From: Limnochordales bacterium
GTDB taxonomy: Bacteria; Bacillota; Limnochordia; Limnochordales; ZCTH02-B6
Assembly: GCA_035304545.1 (NCBI GenBank)
Contig: DATGPV010000018.1
Coordinates: 4,331 to 68,330 of the forward strand
Direction of reading: 5' to 3'
DNA: 64,000 bases
Shown: positions 56,049 through 64,000 of the stretch, one piece after another
Position numbering within the stretch: the stretch's first letter is position 1
How the letters are laid out: each line of letters opens with the position of its first letter
Made by a program: the position numbers and the translations under genes
The notes under the pieces: model-generated
The model's database searches: none
Seen by the model: only the letters and a program-made list of their open reading frames with translations
Told to the model about the DNA's origin: nothing

Positions 56049-56747
56049 ATGGTGCCCATGGAAACCGGAGCCGGGGGAAAGCAGGCGCCGGTCACCCTGG
56101 AGGCGGTGCGGGCGCACCCCCGCGTCGGCGCCTTCATCCGGCAGGCGGACGCCCACTTGGCCGCGCTGGGGTTCACCGAGCACGGTGAACGCCACTGCAG
56201 CTTGGTAGCCAACATCGCCCACAACGTGGTGGCGCGCCTGGGCTACTCCCCCCGGGAGGCGGAGCTGGCGGCCATCGCCGGGTATACCCACGACATCGGC
56301 AACGTGGTGGGGCGAGCCGGCCACGCCCTGACCGGGGCGGTGCTCATGGCGCCCATTCTGGACGAGCTGGGCATGCCGCCCCACGAAGCGGCCATCATCC
56401 TGGGCGCCATCGGCAACCACGAGGAGGCCCACGGCCACCCCGTCAACCGGGTGTCCGCGGCGTTGATTTTGGCCGACAAGAGCGACGTCCACCGCACCCG
56501 GGTCCGCAACCGGGACCCGGCCACCTTTGACATCCACGACCGGGTCAATTACGCGGTGGTGCGCTCCTTTTTGCACGTGGATGGGTCCGCCCGCGCCATT
56601 ACCCTGGAGCTGACCATCGAGCAGCAGGCCACCTCGGTGATGGAGTACTTCGAAATTTTCCTGCAGCGGATGATCATGTGCCGCCGGGCAGCCGAGTTTC
56701 TCGGCTGCCGGTTTCACCTGGTGGCCAACGGGGCGCGGCTGGCGTAG
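56049..56747 (+). CDS. HD-domain phosphohydrolase
   Basis: FTEHGERHCSLVANIAHNV...AGYTHDIGNVVGRAGHA...ADKSDV shows the H...HD...D pattern. 232 aa. Confidence 0.8.
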   Translation: MVPMETGAGGKQAPVTLEAVRAHPRVGAFIRQADAHLAALGFTEHGERHCSLVANIAHNVVARLGYSPREAELAAIAGYTHDIGNVVGRAGHALTGAVLMAPILDELGMPPHEAAIILGAIGNHEEAHGHPVNRVSAALILADKSDVHRTRVRNRDPATFDIHDRVNYAVVRSFLHVDGSARAITLELTIEQQATSVMEYFEIFLQRMIMCRRAAEFLGCRFHLVANGARLA

Positions 56748-56795
56748 ACGAGCAACCGGTGCCAAGGGGCGGCGGCCGTTTGGAAGTTGTCGAAA

Positions 56796-56824
56796 TTGAC
56801 AAGCCCCGGGGCCGGGATTATAAT
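56796..56824 (+). promoter_or_regulatory. Perfect-consensus sigma-A promoter upstream of secDF
   Basis: TTGACA (56796-56801), exactly 17 nt, TATAAT (56819-56824). It is followed by a GC-rich leader of about 100 nt before the secD TTG start. Confidence 0.7.
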
Positions 56825-56928
56825 GGGCGCGTATGTCTTGAGGAGCGCCTGATGCCGGTTTCCGCCGGCTGGGCGCCCGCGGACCCGGGACCGCGAGGGC
56901 CCCGCGGCCAGCGAGGGAGGAACCGAGC

Positions 56929-58137
56929 TTGCCCCGCGCGAACGTCCTGCGAATCTTGGTAATCCTGGTCATCCTCGCCGCGACGGGCGGAGTTCTCTAC
57001 CGCTTCCCTATGCAGTTGGGTTTGGATCTGCAAGGCGGCGTCCATATCGTCCTGGAAGCCCGGGAAACCGGCGCTGCGCCCGTGACCGCCGAGGCGCTGG
57101 AGCGGGCCATGGCCATCATCGACCGGCGTATCAACGCCTTGGGCGTGGCCGAACCCGTCATCCAGCGGGAAGGAGCCCGGCGCATCGTAGTGGAGCTGCC
57201 CGGCGTCACCGACCAGCAGCAGGCGGTGGAACTCATCGGCCGGACGGCTCTCTTGGAGATCAAAGATCCCCTGGGCCGCACGGTGCTCACGGGCGCGGAC
57301 CTGGCCGACGCCCGCCTGGGCCTGGACCAGTTTGGGCGGCCCGCGGTGGACGTGGAGTTTACGCCTGAGGGGGCGGCCCGCTTTGCCCAGCTGACCACCT
57401 TGTACGTGGGCCAGCAGATTCCGCACCTTTTGGACGGGGAGCTGCTGGTGGCGCCGGTGGTGCAGGAGCCCATCACGTCAGGCCAGGGCCAGATCACAGG
57501 GGGATTCACCCACGAGGAGGCCCGCCATTTGGCCATCCTGCTCAAGGCCGGATCCTTGCCGGTGCCCCTGGATGTGGTGGAAATGCGCAATGTGGGGCCT
57601 ACCCTGGGCCAGGAATCCATCGACCGCAGCCTCAAGGCCGGCATCGCGGGGCTGGTGCTGGTGGTCCTCTACATGATCATCTACTATCGCCTGCCGGGTC
57701 TGCTGGCCGACGTGGCTCTGGGCGTCTACGTCATGCTGGTGCTGGCCTTGTTGGCGGGCCTGGGGGCCACCCTGACGCTGCCGGGCATCGCGGGGCTGAT
57801 CCTGTCGGTGGGCATGGCGGTGGACGCGAACGTCATCATCTACGAGCGCATCAAGGACGAGCTGCGGGCCGGCAAGCGGGTGCGGGCCGCTATCCGGGCC
57901 GGTTTTAGCCGGGCCTTCCGGGCCATCCTGGATGCCAACATCACCACCCTCATCGCGGCCGGCGTCCTGTTTTACCTGGGCACAGGGCCGGTGAAGGGCT
58001 TTGCCGTGACCTTGAGCCTGGGGGTGCTGGCCAGCATGTTCACGGCCATCGTCGTCACCCGCTGGCTGCTGGTGGCCGCGGTAGACGCCAATCCCCAGGG
58101 CGCAGCCCGTTACTTCGGCGTCGGGGAGGCAGCCTGA
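56929..58137 (+). CDS. secD: Protein translocase subunit SecD
   Basis: LGLDLQGGVHIVLEA...VVELPGV...GPTLGQESI...GIAGLILSVGMAVDANVIIYERIKDE. The start is TTG, 7 nt after GGGAGGA. Confidence 0.95.
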   Translation: MPRANVLRILVILVILAATGGVLYRFPMQLGLDLQGGVHIVLEARETGAAPVTAEALERAMAIIDRRINALGVAEPVIQREGARRIVVELPGVTDQQQAVELIGRTALLEIKDPLGRTVLTGADLADARLGLDQFGRPAVDVEFTPEGAARFAQLTTLYVGQQIPHLLDGELLVAPVVQEPITSGQGQITGGFTHEEARHLAILLKAGSLPVPLDVVEMRNVGPTLGQESIDRSLKAGIAGLVLVVLYMIIYYRLPGLLADVALGVYVMLVLALLAGLGATLTLPGIAGLILSVGMAVDANVIIYERIKDELRAGKRVRAAIRAGFSRAFRAILDANITTLIAAGVLFYLGTGPVKGFAVTLSLGVLASMFTAIVVTRWLLVAAVDANPQGAARYFGVGEAA

Positions 58138-58141
58138 CCCC

Positions 58142-59056
58142 ATGGCACGGACACGCTTCAACTTTATGCGCTACGGCAAGGCCACCCTGACCTTGTCGGC
58201 GGTGCTGGTCCTTTTGAGCTTGCTGAGCATCGCCGGGCGGGGGTTCAATTTCGGCATCGACTTCACGGGCGGCACCTTGATCGAGCGGCAGTTCAACCGG
58301 CCGGTCACCGCCGATGAGGTGCGGGCGGTGTTGACCGGCGCGGCCCTAGCCGACCTCGACCTGGGCGCCGCGGTCATCCAGCCTTTGGACGATCCCCGGG
58401 ACGTGCTCATCCGGACCCGGCCCCTGACCAACGACCAAATCGAGCGGGTGGACGGGGCCTTGGCGGAGGCGTTGGGCGGGGTGGAGATCCGCCGCACCGA
58501 GCTGGTGGGGCCCGTCATCGGCGCCGAGTTGGTCCGCCGGGCCCTCCTGGCGGTGGCCTTTGCGTCCCTAGGGATTTTGGTTTACGTCTGGTTCCGGTTT
58601 GAGTTCAAGTTCGCGGTGGCGGCCATCGCTGCGCTGCTCCACGACGCCATCGTGTCGGCCGGCGTGGTTTCCCTTCTGGGCGTCGAAGTCAACAGCCCCT
58701 TCATCGCCGCGATCTTGACGGTGGTGGGCTACTCCCTCAACGCCACCATCGTCATCTTCGACCGGGTGCGGGAAAATCTGCAGCTGCGCAAGAACGAATC
58801 CTTGGTGGAGCTGATCAACCGCAGCCTCAACGAGACCTTGGCCCGCACCGTCAATACCAGCCTCACCACGCTGCTGGTGGTGGCCACCCTCTTTGTCTTT
58901 GGCGGCTCGACCTTGCGGGATTTCATCCTGGTGCTGCTGGTGGGCTTGTCGGTGGGCACCTACTCCTCGATCTTCGTGGCCAACCCCTTGTGGCTGGCGC
59001 TGAAGGGGCGGGAGAAGCGCGAGGGAGCTGAGGTGAGCCCGGCCCCCGTCCGGTAG
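58142..59056 (+). CDS. secF: Protein translocase subunit SecF
   Basis: FNFGIDFTGGTLIE...VGPVIGAEL...LHDAIVSAGVVSLLGVEVNSPFIAAILTVVGYSLNATIVIFDRVRE. Confidence 0.95.
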   Translation: MARTRFNFMRYGKATLTLSAVLVLLSLLSIAGRGFNFGIDFTGGTLIERQFNRPVTADEVRAVLTGAALADLDLGAAVIQPLDDPRDVLIRTRPLTNDQIERVDGALAEALGGVEIRRTELVGPVIGAELVRRALLAVAFASLGILVYVWFRFEFKFAVAAIAALLHDAIVSAGVVSLLGVEVNSPFIAAILTVVGYSLNATIVIFDRVRENLQLRKNESLVELINRSLNETLARTVNTSLTTLLVVATLFVFGGSTLRDFILVLLVGLSVGTYSSIFVANPLWLALKGREKREGAEVSPAPVR

Positions 59057-59059
59057 GCG

Positions 59060-60739
59060 GTGACAAGTGTGCCCTTGGGCTTCATGCAGCGGCGCTACCG
59101 GCACTGGCGCCGCTACCGGCAAGTGGTCGAGGTCCTCCTGCGCCACGGCTTCGGCTACGCTCTGGACCAGTTGGACCTTCAAGACTTGGTGCCCTTTGGC
59201 CGCCGGGTGCTGCCGCCCGCTCCCCCTGAGCAGACCCGGGGCGCCCGCTTGCGTGCCGCCCTGGAAGCCCTCGGTCCCACCTTTGTGAAACTGGGACAGA
59301 TCCTGAGCACCCGCCCCGACATCGTCCCCGAAGACGTCGTGGAAGAGCTGAGTCTCCTGCAGGATCACGTACCCGCGGTGCCTGTGGACCAGGTCATCCC
59401 CGTGGTGGAGGCGGAACTGGGGCGCCCCCTGTCCGAAGCCTTTGCCTCCTTTGATCCCGAACCCCTGGCTGCGGCATCCATCGGCCAGGTGCACCGGGCC
59501 ACCTTGCCCGACGGCACCGGCGTGGCGGTCAAAGTGCGGCGCCCCGGCGTGGAAGAGGTCGTGGAAACCGACCTGGAGATCTTGCAGGACCTGGCCCGCC
59601 TTATTGAAGAGCGGTGGCGGCCGGAGCGGATCAGTCCCGTGGCCTTCGTGGACGAAGTCGCCCGGGTGCTGCGCCGGGAGATGGACTACCGACTGGAGGC
59701 CGGCAACATCCAGCGGTTCCGCCGCGCGTGGGCAGGCGACCCCCGGGTGCGCATCCCCCGGGTGTACTGGGACCTCACCACTTCCCGGGTCTTGGTGATG
59801 GAGTACTTGAGCGGCGTCAAGGTAGACGACCGGGCGGGACTGGAGCGGCTGGGCGTCGACCCCCGCCAGATCGCGCGCCTGGGCGCGGAAATTTTCCTCC
59901 AGCAGGTGCTCATCGACGGCGTGTTCCACGGGGATCCCCACCCGGGAAACCTGCTGGTCCTGGACGACGGCAGCCTGGGGATGCTCGACTTTGGCATTGT
60001 GGGGCGCCTGGACCAGGAGCTGCTGGACGCGGTGGCCGATCTTTTCGTGGGCGTCACCCGGCGGGATACGGAACGCATCGTGCGGGGCCTCACCCGCGTG
60101 GGGGCCGTGGGGGACGACGTGGATCCGCGGGCCCTGCGCCGGGACTTGTCGGACCTGATTGATCGGCATTACGGCAAGACGCTGCAGCAGATGGAGCTGG
60201 GGCCTATTGTCCAGGAGATCCTGCGGCTGGCCCATCGCCACCAGCTGCGCCTGCCCGAAGATTTGCTCTTGCTGGCCAAGGCCCTGGTCACCATCGAAGG
60301 GGTCGGCAAACACTTGGACCCCGATTTCAACGCCCTGGAAATTGCCGAACCCTTTGCCCGGGAACTCATGGAGCGCCAGCTGGACCCGGCCGCCGTGGCC
60401 CGCAGGGCCCTGGCCGAGGCCGGGGCCTACCTGCAGCTTTTGGGACGCCTGCCCGAACGGGTAGATGAATCGTTGTCCCGCCTGGTCCGGGGCGAGATCC
60501 AGATTCAATTTGTGCACAAGGGGCTGGACCCCACGGTCCAGCGCCTGGAGCGCACCAGCAATCGGGTGGCCATGTCGGTGGTCCTCGCGGCCCTCATCCT
60601 GGGCTCGGCCATCATCTTGCAGGCCCACGCGGGGCCCACCGTGTGGGGCGTGCCGGTGCTGGGGGTATTGGGCTTCGTCATGGCCGCCTTCCTGGGCTTG
60701 GGGCTCGTCATCGGCATCTTGCGCTCGGGGCGCTTCTGA
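59060..60739 (+). CDS. ABC1/UbiB-family atypical kinase
   Basis: [32 protein letters not shown]...[24 protein letters not shown]...[11 protein letters not shown]...LDFGIVGRL, with C-terminal TM segments. Confidence 0.9.
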   Translation: MTSVPLGFMQRRYRHWRRYRQVVEVLLRHGFGYALDQLDLQDLVPFGRRVLPPAPPEQTRGARLRAALEALGPTFVKLGQILSTRPDIVPEDVVEELSLLQDHVPAVPVDQVIPVVEAELGRPLSEAFASFDPEPLAAASIGQVHRATLPDGTGVAVKVRRPGVEEVVETDLEILQDLARLIEERWRPERISPVAFVDEVARVLRREMDYRLEAGNIQRFRRAWAGDPRVRIPRVYWDLTTSRVLVMEYLSGVKVDDRAGLERLGVDPRQIARLGAEIFLQQVLIDGVFHGDPHPGNLLVLDDGSLGMLDFGIVGRLDQELLDAVADLFVGVTRRDTERIVRGLTRVGAVGDDVDPRALRRDLSDLIDRHYGKTLQQMELGPIVQEILRLAHRHQLRLPEDLLLLAKALVTIEGVGKHLDPDFNALEIAEPFARELMERQLDPAAVARRALAEAGAYLQLLGRLPERVDESLSRLVRGEIQIQFVHKGLDPTVQRLERTSNRVAMSVVLAALILGSAIILQAHAGPTVWGVPVLGVLGFVMAAFLGLGLVIGILRSGRF

Positions 60740-60815
60740 GGGCGAGGGCAGGGAAGCGGCCCTTTTGGAGCGAAGTGCCAATCGATGCCAGCTCCCGCGG
60801 CGGGGGGACTTCACG

Positions 60816-61142
60816 GTGCAGCTGCTGCTCATCATCGCGCTGTTGTTCGCCCTGGCTGTGGCCGTCTTTGCGGTGCAAAACGCCGAGCCCATTACCGTCA
60901 ATCTCATCCGCTGGCAACTGGAAACGTCGCTGGTGGTGGTGGTGGTCGGATCAGCGGCCGCAGGCGCGCTGGTGGCCGGCGTTTTCGGCTTCATCCGGCA
61001 AGTGCGGGCGTCTTGGCGCATCCGCCAGCTGCAAGGCCAGGTGCACCGACTGGAACAGCGGCTCAAGGCGTTGGAGCCGCCTGCCACCGACGAGGCGCAG
61101 CGGGCCGCCGACGATCCCCAGTCTTCCCCGCCTGTAGCCTAA
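60816..61142 (+). CDS. LapA-domain (DUF1049) small membrane protein
   Basis: Start is GTG 60816. VQLLLIIALLFALAVAVFAVQNAEPITVNLIRWQLETSLVVVVVGSAAAGALVAGVF...RIRQLQGQVHRLEQRLKALE shows two TM segments plus a coiled tail, typical of PF06305. Confidence 0.7.
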   Translation: MQLLLIIALLFALAVAVFAVQNAEPITVNLIRWQLETSLVVVVVGSAAAGALVAGVFGFIRQVRASWRIRQLQGQVHRLEQRLKALEPPATDEAQRAADDPQSSPPVA

Positions 61143-61166
61143 GCGGCGCGAAACGGGTGGATCCCC

Positions 61167-63812
61167 ATGCAATTGCACACGGTTTGGAAGATGAGTCCGG
61201 CCCCCGACGAGGCCGTGGTGGAGGGGCTGATGCGGGAGGCGGGCGTATCCCGGGTGGCCGCGCGCCTTTTGGCCGCGCGCGGGTTCACGGACCCCGCAGC
61301 GGTGCGGGCCTTTTTGCGCTCAGATCCCTCGGCCTTGCACGACCCGTGGGCGCTGCCCGACATGGCGCCCGCGGTGGAGCGGCTGGCCCAGGCCATCTCC
61401 CTGGGGGAGCCGGTGGCGATCTACGGCGACTACGATGTGGACGGCCAGACCAGTGTAGCCTTGCTGGTCCGGGCCCTGGCGGGCCTGGGCTTGCCCGTGC
61501 AGTGGTACATCCCCGAACGGCAGTCCGAGGGGTACGGCCTGCACCGGGACGCGGTGGAGCGCCTCGCGGCCCAAGGGGTGCGCCTCTTGGTTACGGTAGA
61601 CTGCGGCACCCCGTCGGTGGCCGAGGTGGCCCGGGCCCGGGAACTGGGGATGGACGTCATCATTACGGATCATCACGAACCGGGGGCCGTGCTGCCCGCG
61701 GCCGCGGCCGTCATCAATCCTAAGCGGGCCGACAGCCAGTACCCTTTCCGGGAGCTCGCGGGCGTTGGGGTCGCGTACAAGCTCCTCGTGGCCCTCGGCC
61801 AGCGGTTGGGCCGGCCGCTGGTGGGGGACGATGGGCTGGGCCTGGTGGCCCTGGGCACCGTGGCCGACGTCTGTCCCCTGGTGGACGAAAACCGCATCTT
61901 GGTCCGGGCGGGGCTCCAGCAGATGCAGCGGGAGCCTTCGGTGGGCCTCGCGGCCCTGGCCCGCGTGGCGGGCCTCGACCACCGGCGGATGACCGCGGCG
62001 CACGTGGCCTTTGGGTTGGCGCCGCGGCTCAACGCGGCGGGCCGGGTCCGCCACGCGCGCTTGGGCGTCGAGCTGCTGTTGACGGAAGACCCGGCTCGGG
62101 CCGAGGCCGTGGCCGGTACGCTCAATGAGGCCAACCGGGAGCGCCAGCAGATGGAAGCCGACATCTTGGCCGCGGCCATCGAACAGGTGGAGCGGGAGGA
62201 CCTGCTGGCCGACTGGGTGCTGGTGGTGGCCGGCGAGGGCTGGCATCCTGGCGTCATCGGCATCGTGGCCGCGCGCTTGGTGGAGCGGTTTGCCCGGCCG
62301 GCGGTGGTGGTGGCCCTGGACGGCCCGGAGGGCAAAGGGTCCGCCCGCAGCATCGTCGGCTTCGATCTTTTTTGGGCCCTGAGCCGGTGCGCCCACCTCC
62401 TGTTGCGCTACGGGGGCCACGCCCTGGCGGCCGGCTTGACGGTGAGCCGGGAACAGCTGCCCGCGCTGCGGGCCGGCCTCAACGCGGTGGCCGCCCAAGT
62501 CCTGGGGCCCGCGGATCTGTTGCCCCGGGTGCGCATCGACTTGCAGGTGGACCTGGGACAGGTGGACGAGGGCCTGGTGCGGGAGCTGGAGGCCTTGGCG
62601 CCCTTTGGCGCCGGCAATCCCACCCCCGTGCTGGCGGCCCGGGGCGTACGGGTGCTGGGGGCCCGCACCGTGGGCGCCGACGGCCAGCACCTCAAGCTCA
62701 GCCTGCGCTGCCCCGCTACGGGCCAGGTGCAGGAGGCCATCGCTTTCGGTGCCGGACACCTCCTGGACCTGGCGGCCCCCGGCAGCCAGCTGGATGTGGC
62801 CTTTACGCCCCAGCTCAACGAGGGCTTTGGCAAGACCCGGGTGGACCTGCTTGTGCGGTCCTTGCGCGCGCCGGAAGCCAGCGCGGAGGTGGCGGCGGCC
62901 CTGGAGGCCCAGCCCCAGCAGCTGCGGGTCGCGCCCATCACCGCCCGGCGGCCCGGGCCCGTGCCGGTGGCCGACCGGCGGGAAGGCCCGCCCCGCCATC
63001 CCTTGGCCCGCACCGCGTATCTGGCGGCCCTGGCCGCCGCGGGCGCCCGCATCGTGGCCGTCACCGGCCCGGGCGAGGATCCCCGGCTCCTGGCTGCCGC
63101 CGCGGAGGCCATGCTGGGCGACGAGGCGCCGGTGGCCACGGGCCTGGAGGCCTTGCCCGGCCGCCGGGTGACGGTGGTGGACGGGACGCGGGTGGCCGCG
63201 GCCGGCGGCGCGCCCTCGCCTTGGGCCGGGCGCGGCCATTTGGTGCTGTTCGGCGTGCCGGAGGATGCGGGCGCTTGGTGGGCGCTCCTCGCGGCCGCCG
63301 CCCTGGGGCCGGGCTGGACCGTACATCTGGCCTACGACGCCGCGGCGGTGCAGGCCGCGGCCGCGCATCTGGAGCGCTGCTATCCCGGCGAGGAGACCTT
63401 GCGGTGGATTTTCCGGGCGGTGCGGTTCCTGGCCGGCCGGGCGGGCGGGAACGTGCCGCCGGCGGAACCCGTGGCGGCGCTGGTGCAGGAGCGGTGGCCG
63501 GGGCTGGTGTCGGTGGCCGGCGTCGAGTTCGCGCTGGCGGTCTTTGCCGATCTGGGGCTCATCCGCCCCGGCGGGCCGGGGCAGGCCCGCCTGGCCCCGC
63601 CGCCCCGGGCCAAGGTGGACGTCACCGCCTCGGCGCGGTATAATGACGGTGTCAAGAGGAAACAGGCGTTTGCCGCACTGAGCCGGATGGCCCTGGAGGC
63701 CAGTCCGGCCCGTTTGATTTCGCTGGCTGCCGAGAGGAGCGAACTGGTGCATGGACCTGCGGTCGCTGATCCGCGAGGTGCCCGATTTTCCCAAGCCGGG
63801 GGTCAGCTTTAA
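61167..63812 (+). CDS. recJ: Single-stranded-DNA-specific exonuclease RecJ
   Basis: DHH motifs are present: VAIYGDYDVDGQTS, VTVDCG, VIITDHH. The DHHA1 region reads GGHALAAG. At 881 aa it has a long Ala/Pro-rich C-terminal extension, and its 3' end overlaps apt by 63 nt. Confidence 0.93.
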   Translation: MQLHTVWKMSPAPDEAVVEGLMREAGVSRVAARLLAARGFTDPAAVRAFLRSDPSALHDPWALPDMAPAVERLAQAISLGEPVAIYGDYDVDGQTSVALLVRALAGLGLPVQWYIPERQSEGYGLHRDAVERLAAQGVRLLVTVDCGTPSVAEVARARELGMDVIITDHHEPGAVLPAAAAVINPKRADSQYPFRELAGVGVAYKLLVALGQRLGRPLVGDDGLGLVALGTVADVCPLVDENRILVRAGLQQMQREPSVGLAALARVAGLDHRRMTAAHVAFGLAPRLNAAGRVRHARLGVELLLTEDPARAEAVAGTLNEANRERQQMEADILAAAIEQVEREDLLADWVLVVAGEGWHPGVIGIVAARLVERFARPAVVVALDGPEGKGSARSIVGFDLFWALSRCAHLLLRYGGHALAAGLTVSREQLPALRAGLNAVAAQVLGPADLLPRVRIDLQVDLGQVDEGLVRELEALAPFGAGNPTPVLAARGVRVLGARTVGADGQHLKLSLRCPATGQVQEAIAFGAGHLLDLAAPGSQLDVAFTPQLNEGFGKTRVDLLVRSLRAPEASAEVAAALEAQPQQLRVAPITARRPGPVPVADRREGPPRHPLARTAYLAALAAAGARIVAVTGPGEDPRLLAAAAEAMLGDEAPVATGLEALPGRRVTVVDGTRVAAAGGAPSPWAGRGHLVLFGVPEDAGAWWALLAAAALGPGWTVHLAYDAAAVQAAAAHLERCYPGEETLRWIFRAVRFLAGRAGGNVPPAEPVAALVQERWPGLVSVAGVEFALAVFADLGLIRPGGPGQARLAPPPRAKVDVTASARYNDGVKRKQAFAALSRMALEASPARLISLAAERSELVHGPAVADPRGARFSQAGGQL

Positions 63813-64000
63813 AGACATCACCCCCCTGTTGACTGACGGACAGGCCCTGCGCTACGTGGTGCGGCGCATGGCCGACCACTTCCGGGACAAGCGCCCCGAG
63901 CTCATCGTCGGCGTTGAGTCGCGCGGGTTTCTCTTTGGCGCCCCCCTGGCGTACGAGCTGGGCGTGGGCTTCGTGCTGATCCGCAAGCCCAACAAGCTGC
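63750..64000 (+). CDS. apt: Adenine phosphoribosyltransferase (5' portion; continues beyond the window)
   Basis: My translation from ATG 63750 is MDLRSLIREVPDFPKPGVSFKDITPLLTDGQALRYVV...LIVGVESRGFLFGAPLAYELGVGFVLIRKPNKL. Gene order recJ-apt matches Bacillus. Confidence 0.9.

Overview
About 70% GC chromosomal segment. By gene content it comes from an endospore-forming, Firmicute-type bacterium; a Thermaerobacter-, Symbiobacterium- or Limnochordia-like lineage is my inference only. Most of the window is housekeeping DNA in Bacillus-like order: comEA-comEC-holA-rpsT-gpr-spoIIP-(murJ)-lepA-hemW-(pyrD)-hrcA-grpE-dnaK-dnaJ-prmA-rsmE, then hinT-rpsU-nfeD-floA-yqfC-yqfD-phoH-yqfF(pgpH)-ybeY-dgkA-cdd-era, then queA-tgt-yajC-secD-secF-ubiB-like-recJ-apt. 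The left end carries a cobN-chlI-coaX-coaBC minus-strand array, apgM, a NUDIX gene, an RNase P RNA that the ORF track cannot show, a GT4 glycosyltransferase and a T-box-controlled leuS. Because of the GC content, nearly every real gene is shadowed by long antisense or off-frame ORFs. I chose frames by recognisable protein motifs, Shine-Dalgarno (SD) spacing and third-codon-position GC (GC3). The one clearly accessory stretch (about 35.5-42.0 kb) interrupts the conserved rsmE...rpsU synteny. It holds a subtilisin-like lipoprotein with a co-encoded BsuPI-type inhibitor, an Arg-rich hypothetical protein, and a very unusual 105-aa protein. That protein has no acidic residues, about +20 net charge, and consists of about 18 consecutive 5-residue repeats; it is my top candidate for something undescribed. 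Other points worth a second look: an in-frame DgkA-Cdd fusion with an extra predicted TM segment and an internal RBS; CsoR/CstR-like palindromes inside a near-consensus promoter of a glutaredoxin-like gene; a signal-peptide-like mini-ORF followed by an LPETG sorting-signal-like mini-ORF; an orphan CobN+ChlI chelatase pair coupled to CoA genes; and a perfect 18-bp palindrome in the spoIIP promoter region. I saw no CRISPR array, tRNA, rRNA, transposase or integrase.
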